Shown: positions 35,901 through 42,817 of the stretch, piece after piece
Layout: each line of letters starts with the position of its first letter
Position numbering within the stretch: the stretch's first letter is position 1
Virus record (IMG/VR): IMGVR_UViG_3300021387_000091
Span: 133,979 to 176,795 of that record
DNA length: 42,817 nucleotides
Origin: a virus
Taxonomy: Duplodnaviria; Heunggongvirae; Uroviricota; Caudoviricetes
Reading direction: 5' to 3' (one strand)
The notes under the pieces: model-generated
What the model saw: only the letters and a program-made list of their open reading frames with translations
Database searches by the model: none
Told to the model about the DNA's origin: nothing
Position numbers and translations under genes: made by a program

Positions 35901-38211
35901 TGGATGAAGTACAGCTAAAGATCTATGAGATTATGGTAAACAACGGTATAAGTCATTAACTAGAGAACAAAAAGCAGAAGCTGTTAGAAAGGGAGATCAA
36001 TGAGTTAGAGATAATGTATTGCCAGTTGTGACTACAGCTGGAGAATTAATTCCACAAACAAGTATTCCTATGGCAGCTTATAATGCAAGTGAAGCTGCTA
36101 AGAATGGAAACTATGAAGAAGCCTTTCAACATGCTTTAACTCCAGTATTAACAGGAAGTGTTTCTAAAGGAGTTAATCTTGGATTAAAAGCTGGTGAAAA
36201 AGCAGTTGATACTGCTAGTAGTGCTTTGAAAACTGCGGATAACTATGTAACAATTCAAAATGCACTTAGAACTGGAAAATTGAGATTTGGAAAACCTACT
36301 ACATATAGAGGAATTCATCAATCCAAAACACCACTTACAAAAGTACAATTCCCGTTCCAGAGATGAGATGTTACTACGCATGGAGCAGATCCTAATGGAT
36401 TTTGACTTACTCTTGCAGATAGTCCTAATACTACTGGTACAATGGCGAGCAGACCATATGCAAGTAGGTGAAGTGCAACTTCACAAAAACCTTTAATTCA
36501 AACTGGAGAAGTTAAAGGTTTACTTGGTAAAAAGAATAATACACGAAACGCTATTGTAAAATATGGAAGAAAACATGGGGCTGATGCATTTGAGTTTAGA
36601 GGAATTGCAGACAACAGACTTCCTCAAACAGATGTTGTAATGGTTACTGAAGGAACTAATCCTCAATATTTAGGTGGCGTTGGCCAAGTAAGATATGCAG
36701 GCCCCACTACTGGGAAATCAACATTTATCAAAGCTAATCCAGACTCTGGATTAGTTGATTTGGATGTTGTTCCTGGTTATAAACAATTAAGAAAAGATAT
36801 TGCGAATCAGTTAGGATTAGATTGAAAGGATCCTAAAGTTACAGATAGTCCTGAATATCAGCAAGCTTTCAATAACTTTATTAGAGACTGGGCACAGAAC
36901 ACTGAGAACACTGGTAAAACTTTATTTGGCTCAGCTAAAGGATTATTACGTGGAGACAATCCCTTAACAGGACAGCCATTTATTCCAGATTTTGAAACAT
37001 TCGTAGCTAGAAATCAAGCAAGAGGATTTAAAGAAAATCCAGAACAATTAAGAGCATGGTATAATAGTATTGTTGATAGTTATCCTGAAATTAAAATCGA
37101 CAACAGATTTGTTGGAGAAATTCCTTTTTATAGTGCACCTAAAACTTCTGTAAAGTCTATACAATTAGAAGAACCGATAATGGGGCGTGGACCTGGAAGA
37201 CCTAAAAAATCTAGTACAGAGGCACTCATTTCTCCGGAAGCTTGAGATGAAATGCTATTTGAAGACATGATTGGCGAACAGGGTGCTATTAACGCAGCAC
37301 GTAAGGCATCTCAAGCAGGAAAGAGAGTATTGAAGCCAATAACAGACGCGGAAAAACTTGGCATTCCAAAAAGTTCAAGATCTGATCCAAGAGCTTTAGA
37401 AGACCCTTATTATTGGGGATATGAGCAGTGGAATCAAAGGTATAATGATGCTGTTAATTCCAGAAATGTAGGAGAAGCTCAGAGATTAAGAGATTTACAT
37501 TTTAAGCATAAATCCAACGCTGCTCCAGAGGTTGTATACAGAGGAGAATCAGAAGACGTAACAAATTTTATTTTAGGATCAGGAACTAAGCGGCCAGGTA
37601 TATCTTTTACTTCTGAAAGCCCCGCTGTTGCTGTATCTTATGCGGATATAACAAGTCCATATGGGAAAATAGAAGTTCTTCCACAACAAATAGACGCACG
37701 TCAAAAATGAATTGAAATGGCTAGAAAGCAAGGTATACTTACATCAGAACAAGAAATATTGGCCTTGCAAGATATAGAAAATAAAAAAGTAGCATTAACT
37801 GCCGCTTTACAGGAAGCAAATTCTTTTTCTCATCCACAATTAAGAAAGTTATATATTTATCCAAAAAATTCAAAAACAATTGATGCTATGGGTGCTAATT
37901 GAAAATATGTGACAGACACACAGAGTGGATTAAAAGGTGTGCCAACAGATATGCACGCATTTAATGCTAAGAATAATGGTTTTGATGCCTTAAGAATAAA
38001 AAATGTTTTTGATATAGGTAAAGGGGGATATAATATAAAATCAAACGATGTTGTCATATTAGATTCTAAAATTGCGAAACTAGCAGATCCAATTACTAAA
38101 ACAAATACAGGCGAAATAATTCCAATAGTAAAACGCGATAATTTTCATAATCCTGATATAAGATATAAACAAGGTGGAAAAATAAATTTAGTAAGAAAAT
38201 GTCAAAAGTAA
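35857..38211 (+). CDS. 784-aa polyvalent-type protein: two ART-like domains, P-loop NTPase/kinase, AT-hook-like motif, C-terminal KQGGKI
   Basis: Five track ORFs share one frame via TGA. AGPTTGKS Walker A; VYRG...GISFT...YA...GFDALRIKNVFD; GRGPGRPKK. Confidence 0.72.
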
Positions 38212-38537
38212 CAAATATAATTTGTATTGTAATAGGACTACTTGTTTGTGGATTGTTAATATTTTCACAAATAAAATGTAATAAATTGCAAAAACAATTA
38301 AATGAAGAGAGAATTAAGAATTTAGAACAAATTGACTCTCTAACTTACATAAATAAACAACATTTGGAAATAATAAAGACTTATGAATTAAAAGTTTCCG
38401 AGTTAAATTCGGAAATAGATTCGTTAGAAAAAGTCAAAAATAAAATTATTATTAAAAAAGATGAGATTATTGTATCTAATGATGCATCTTCAGCAGCTAA
38501 TCTATTGAAGAAAAATTTGGAGTTATGAGACGATTAA
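38199..38537 (+). CDS. N-terminal TM + coiled-coil protein (i-spanin-like)
   Basis: TM segment IICIVIGLLVCGLLIF then coiled coil. TGA at 38526-38528 overlaps the next ATG; read-through adds W-D-D then TAA. Confidence 0.6.
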
Positions 38538-38956
38538 TAATTGCTATTATTTGTTTGTTTATTCCTATTATGTGTTTTTCTCAACTTCCGGATTCTGTAA
38601 AACACTTAGAAATTGTTTCAGAAGTAAAGGATACAATGCTTTTAATAAATAAGAACGATGCTGATATAATTAATACTGTCTTTTATCAACATGATGTTCT
38701 TGATTCATTAAATGTTGTTAATGAACAAATTATAAACGGATTAAATACAAAAAATTCAGATTTAGAAAATATAATATCTGAGCAAAACATTATATTGAAC
38801 AATAAAGATACTCAGATATCTAATATAAAGCAACAAAATAAAGAGGTAATCTCCAATTTGGAGAAACAAGTAAAGAGAGCAAATATTGAGAAAACTGTTT
38901 GAGAGAGTTTAACAGGCGTTGGCATAATTGCAATAATTTTTTTAGCAATTTTTTAA
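38525..38956 (+). CDS. Signal peptide + coiled coil + C-terminal hydrophobic anchor (spanin partner-like)
   Basis: MRRLIIAIICLFIPIMCFSQ signal; the C-terminal WESLTGVGIIAIIFLAIF appears only through TGA read-through. Confidence 0.6.
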
Positions 38957-38962
38957 AATATT

Positions 38963-38995
38963 TTTGGAAATGTCAAAAAAAGTTTCTATATTTGC
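38963..38995 (+). promoter_or_regulatory. Bacteroidota-type promoter TTTG-N20-TATATTTGC for the capsid operon
   Basis: TTTG 38963-38966 and TATATTTGC 38987-38995, upstream of ATG 39023. Confidence 0.82.
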
Positions 38996-39022
38996 GGTGT
39001 TTAATGAGAAATAATAAGAACT

Positions 39023-40150
39023 ATGGAAATTAATGAACAAAACTTTAATGACCTTCTTTCTAATGATGATGTCCAAATAGATGAGGATATCAATGAAGAA
39101 GACATTCAAAATGAAGATCTCCTTGATTTAAGTGATTTTAATCATTCAGAATCAGATGACAATGACGATAATGATGACAATGACGATCACGATGGAGATG
39201 ATAACAATGAAGACAAGCAATCCGATTTTATAGCAGAGTATCTAAAGGGGTTTGGCATAGAAGATATGTCAAAAATCCAGATGGAAGATGAAAATGGAGA
39301 TATTCAAGAGGTTGATTTTAACACTCTTTCGGAAGATGAAAAACTAAATATCTTTAAAGAACTTTCTGATCCAGGATATTCTGATTATGAAAAAAGTGTT
39401 ATTACATATCTAAGACAAAATAATGCAACATTAGATGATGTTATTGAGTATTATAAACAACAAGCTGTTGAAGAATATTTAAGCGAACATCCAGAGGACG
39501 TACATCAAAAAGTCTATGATATTGATCAATATACGGATGATGAAATATATCTTGCGGATTTAAAAAACAAATATCCAGAATTTACGGATGAAGAGTTAAC
39601 ATCAAAACTCGATTCTGCTAAATTAAACTCTGAATTATTTGAAAAAGAAGTTGCTGCTATTCGTGCTTCAATTAAAGCCAATGAAGATGAAGAAGCAAAA
39701 CGACATGAAACAGAAGAAGCACAAAATTATCAAGAATTTCAAAACAATTTACAGTCTGTAATGGCTAGTTTTACGCAGATTGAACTTGATCCAGATGACA
39801 AGGAACAAGATGCATTAGCATTAGATGTAACTGATGAAGATCGTGCAGACATGATGAGATATTTAGTAGAACGAGATAAAGATGGAAAGAGTCAATTAAT
39901 AAGAGACTTAGAAGATCCAAAAGCTTTAATTGAACTTGCTTATTACAGAACCAGAGAAAGAGATAATCTTACTGGTCTTACAAGATATTGGAAAAATGAA
40001 TTGGCCAATGAACGTAAGGAAAAAGCAAAGCTCCAAAAAGAATTGGATAAGTATAAAAATAAAGAAAAGAATTCGTTTGTGGTATCTCCCGAAAATAAAG
40101 ATAATAAAACTGGAAAGAAAACCAGAAGTATTATGGATATTTACGGGTAA
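39023..40150 (+). CDS. Highly acidic protein upstream of MCP (scaffold/head-assembly candidate)
   Basis: D/E-rich with an Asp/Asn low-complexity tract; position immediately before MCP. Confidence 0.7.
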   Translation: MEINEQNFNDLLSNDDVQIDEDINEEDIQNEDLLDLSDFNHSESDDNDDNDDNDDHDGDDNNEDKQSDFIAEYLKGFGIEDMSKIQMEDENGDIQEVDFNTLSEDEKLNIFKELSDPGYSDYEKSVITYLRQNNATLDDVIEYYKQQAVEEYLSEHPEDVHQKVYDIDQYTDDEIYLADLKNKYPEFTDEELTSKLDSAKLNSELFEKEVAAIRASIKANEDEEAKRHETEEAQNYQEFQNNLQSVMASFTQIELDPDDKEQDALALDVTDEDRADMMRYLVERDKDGKSQLIRDLEDPKALIELAYYRTRERDNLTGLTRYWKNELANERKEKAKLQKELDKYKNKEKNSFVVSPENKDNKTGKKTRSIMDIYG

Positions 40151-40191
40151 TATCTAATATTATATAATAACTTTTTAAATTTTTAACTAAT

Positions 40192-41619
40192 ATGAGAATA
40201 TCTGGTTTTACAACTATTAGACCTAACATGGCTGATACTAGAACTGCAGAAGATTTTATGAAATTTCTCTCTGTTAAGCCTGCTCGTCTAGGTCTTGTAT
40301 CTACAATGTACGATCAGTACACAATTACGCATCTTACTGAAGCACTTCAGAATATCTATACAAAGGGCAAACCAAAGGATAGCTTTAAGAGCATTGATTC
40401 CTTCGTTGTTGAGTGGGATATTCAGGTTAAGAGAATTAAGAGAGTTCCTATTCTTCGTGTTGAAGGTGATGGATGCAATGGTTCTGACATCCTATTCTAC
40501 TTCCCTGAGAACTATTATCAGAAATTCGATACCTTTATTATCGAAAAGACTCGTGATCTTATCATTGTTATGAATCGTCCACAGAGACTTCGTGATAATG
40601 AATTCCTTGTAATTGGTAAGATTAACGATTCTGATTACACTTCTGCTATCGTTCCTGGTGATCTTACTAATGCAATGACAAGATTCGTCACTAACTATAT
40701 GCCAGAACTACACGAAGAAGGTTATACAAAATATCAAAGCAATTGCGAGAAGCATCGTAGCTTTATTGCAACACACAGAAATGATGTTGATCTTTCTGCT
40801 ATGTATAAACCTCTAGAGGATGTATTCATTCAGATTGGTGCTGGTAAAGATGGTGGAAAAGATGATCCTGTGTTTGTACTAAAGAAAGCCGAAGAGCAAG
40901 TAATTGAAAATTATCTTGAGGCTCGTGATATGGATCTCGTTTGGGGTAAAGCAAACGTTGATGCTAACGGAAAGCCTAAGATTTATGATGATGAAACTGG
41001 TCGTCCTATTATCTCTGGTGATGGACTTATTGCCCAACTTGAACGTTTTGCTACTAAGTTTGTTTTCTCAAAGCTTACTGTAGCTTACTTCCAGAAAGCT
41101 CTTGCTACTCTTGTTGCTAAGAGTGTTAAACCTACAGGTAACGAGTATCTATTCCTTGTAAATACTCGCCTATGGAACGAAATTAATACCGTTCTTGATC
41201 GTTGGCTTGCTGAACATAAGACTGATGGCGCTGTTCTTTATTCTAAAGCTGCAAATGGTTATGTTGAACTTGGTGCTACATATCATTCTTATGAATTTGC
41301 TGGTAACAAAGTTATCTTCAAAGTAGAACGTACATTTGATGTTGAGTTCCCTACCCGTAATTACGGTATTATGGTTGATCTCACAGCAGATGGTATTTCC
41401 AACAAACCTGCAATGGAAATGCTTACCTTTAAGGGTGGCCAATTCATTCACAACTGGATTGTTGGTGTTGGTGGTAAGGATGGCCTAAGCTCTGGTGAAG
41501 TTTCTAGCCGTGTTGCTGGCAGCCACATCGTTGCATGGGGTTATGCAGGTCTTGCAATGTACAATCCTTATCGTTCTGTTATCTTCATGGGTGAAGACAC
41601 TAACACATCACTATTTTAA
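40192..41619 (+). CDS. Major capsid protein (crAss type)
   Basis: 475 aa; KPARLGLVS, TEAL.NIY, SNCEKHRSFIATHR.D and GDGLIAQLE motifs; strongly optimised codon usage; followed by a terminator. Confidence 0.9.
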   Translation: MRISGFTTIRPNMADTRTAEDFMKFLSVKPARLGLVSTMYDQYTITHLTEALQNIYTKGKPKDSFKSIDSFVVEWDIQVKRIKRVPILRVEGDGCNGSDILFYFPENYYQKFDTFIIEKTRDLIIVMNRPQRLRDNEFLVIGKINDSDYTSAIVPGDLTNAMTRFVTNYMPELHEEGYTKYQSNCEKHRSFIATHRNDVDLSAMYKPLEDVFIQIGAGKDGGKDDPVFVLKKAEEQVIENYLEARDMDLVWGKANVDANGKPKIYDDETGRPIISGDGLIAQLERFATKFVFSKLTVAYFQKALATLVAKSVKPTGNEYLFLVNTRLWNEINTVLDRWLAEHKTDGAVLYSKAANGYVELGATYHSYEFAGNKVIFKVERTFDVEFPTRNYGIMVDLTADGISNKPAMEMLTFKGGQFIHNWIVGVGGKDGLSSGEVSSRVAGSHIVAWGYAGLAMYNPYRSVIFMGEDTNTSLF

Positions 41620-41640
41620 TATAGTATAGATATTTAGATT

Positions 41641-41677
41641 AAAGGCCCGTCTATTCGGGCGGGCCTTTTACTTTTCT
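41641..41677 (+). terminator. Intrinsic terminator after MCP
   Basis: Stem aaaggcccgtc / ggcgggccttt followed by a T-rich tract. Confidence 0.88.
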
Positions 41678-41710
41678 TAGATTTAATGTTTTAGATAATT
41701 GAGAAATAAT

Positions 41711-42556
41711 ATGGAAAATAAAATTATAACAATAAGATCTGTTTATAAAGTTAAAGAGTATCACTTTCAACCAACTAAACAAAAGAATGGACTAAATTGG
41801 CCTTGGGTAAAGCCTACTAGAATTGGTGCAGACGGACGTTCAGAAATGATTATGTCTGATGCAGAAAGAAATAATCCAGATTCTGCTTATTTTATTCCAG
41901 AAGATTTGGATATCGTTGTAGTAGACGGAACCACATTTAATCTTGGCGATAAACTTCAGTACAACAAATGGATGGCTATTAAAGATCATGATTTGTTTGC
42001 TCCTTCTAGAGATGCTCGTGATGAAGACGGTGTTCTTTTAATTGATGGTGATGCTAAAAAATATGGTACTGCTGAATTATATGTAGATGTTCCTGGCGAA
42101 GAGTCTGAAAGAAGTGTTAGTCGTAAGAAACTTATTATTCAAGCAATGAATCTTGTAGAACAAGATTCTGTTGAGGGCAGACTTACAAAATGTAAGCTTC
42201 TTGGTAAGAATATGAGATATGCGCCAGCCTCCGATGTTGAAGATTATCTTTATCAAATTGCAGAAAAAACTCCATCAAGAGTTATTGATCTTTATACAAA
42301 TGGAGATACTGCACTTCGTTTGCTTTTAATTGAAGCAAAAGATAAAAATATCATAAGAAAGAAAAATGGAGTATTTATGTATGGCGAATCTGTTTTAGGT
42401 ATGACAGACGATGCCGTAATTAATTTCTTTAAGATTGCATCTAATAATGCTGTATTTGAAGAAATTAAGAGAGAAACATTCCCTCAGTTTATTCAAAAAA
42501 TAGAACCCGGAACAGAAACAGGTCCAAAGTCTAAAACATCTAACACTAAGAATTAA
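41711..42556 (+). CDS. Conserved crAss-type protein immediately downstream of MCP
   Basis: ATG 41711 in the track frame; intact ORF ending at TAA. Confidence 0.75.
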   Translation: MENKIITIRSVYKVKEYHFQPTKQKNGLNWPWVKPTRIGADGRSEMIMSDAERNNPDSAYFIPEDLDIVVVDGTTFNLGDKLQYNKWMAIKDHDLFAPSRDARDEDGVLLIDGDAKKYGTAELYVDVPGEESERSVSRKKLIIQAMNLVEQDSVEGRLTKCKLLGKNMRYAPASDVEDYLYQIAEKTPSRVIDLYTNGDTALRLLLIEAKDKNIIRKKNGVFMYGESVLGMTDDAVINFFKIASNNAVFEEIKRETFPQFIQKIEPGTETGPKSKTSNTKN

Positions 42557-42578
42557 TTTGAAAACAATTAGATAGCCT

Positions 42579-42817
42579 ATGACAGAACTCGATCTTTATA
42601 CAGCAGCCTTAATTGAACAGAATAAGTTGGAGGCTCCTCCGTTAACTATTGAAGAGTACAATTACATGATCAATAAGGCTATCATTCAATATATCAATTT
42701 AACATATGCGAGATTTGATTTAAATCAACAATCATCAGACGATTTGCGTTGATTACAGAAAAGTGTAGAATTAGATGTTGCTAAACAAAGTAAATTGATT
42801 CATCCATTGGAAGAAGC
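42579..42817 (+). CDS. Probable head-tail connector/ring protein, 5' part only
   Basis: MTELDLYTAALIEQNKLEAPPLTIEEYNYMINKAI..YIN...NQQSSDDLRW...; open (one TGA) to the window end. Confidence 0.65.

Noticed and set aside
1263-38902. Fragmented track ORFs as pseudogenes or frameshifted genes
   Set aside because: Fragments are in the same frame, separated only by TGA, and include essential genes (terL, portal); recoding explains them.
39146-39210. Short gatgacaatgacgat tandem repeat as a regulatory repeat
   Set aside because: It simply encodes an Asp/Asn low-complexity tract in the acidic protein.
2817-41451. Minus-strand and alternate-frame track ORFs overlapping long plus-strand genes (e.g. 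8092-8355, 10429-10794, 26593-27129, 31102-31389, 32631-32957, 41170-41451)
   Set aside because: Shadow ORFs of real genes; no recognisable motifs or promoter/start context.
1-42817. TGA as selenocysteine
   Set aside because: Dozens of TGAs occur at Trp-type motif positions in structural genes; no redox motifs or SECIS-like pattern seen.
1-42817. Suppressor tRNA-Trp(UCA) or other tRNA genes
   Set aside because: No cloverleaf or T-loop GTTCGA context found by eye in the few intergenic gaps; tRNAscan is needed to exclude formally.

Overview
Late (virion, packaging and lysis) gene region of a Bacteroidota-infecting crAss-like phage (Crassvirales). It uses a recoded genetic code in which TGA = Trp, while TAA and TAG remain stops, so the supplied code-11 ORF track shatters most genes. 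Re-read with TGA = Trp, the window holds: an M15 peptidase endolysin (minus strand, partial); a PD-(D/E)XK nuclease; a GroES-like protein; terminase large subunit; a portal gene split by an ORF-less group I intron (9415-9774); three giant tail-type proteins (1514 aa lamin-tail + metallophosphoesterase; 2580 aa CotH-kinase-like + LRR; 2009 aa fibre carrying two duplicated TGA-free modules); a DGR target gene with VR and GC hairpin, followed by an Avd gene fused in frame to only the C-terminal tip of a DGR reverse transcriptase (TR and RT core deleted); a promoter- and terminator-bounded six-gene cassette of unknown function; a polyvalent ART-like/P-loop protein; a spanin-like pair; and the capsid operon. 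All translations, alignments and folds were done by eye; no database searches were run.
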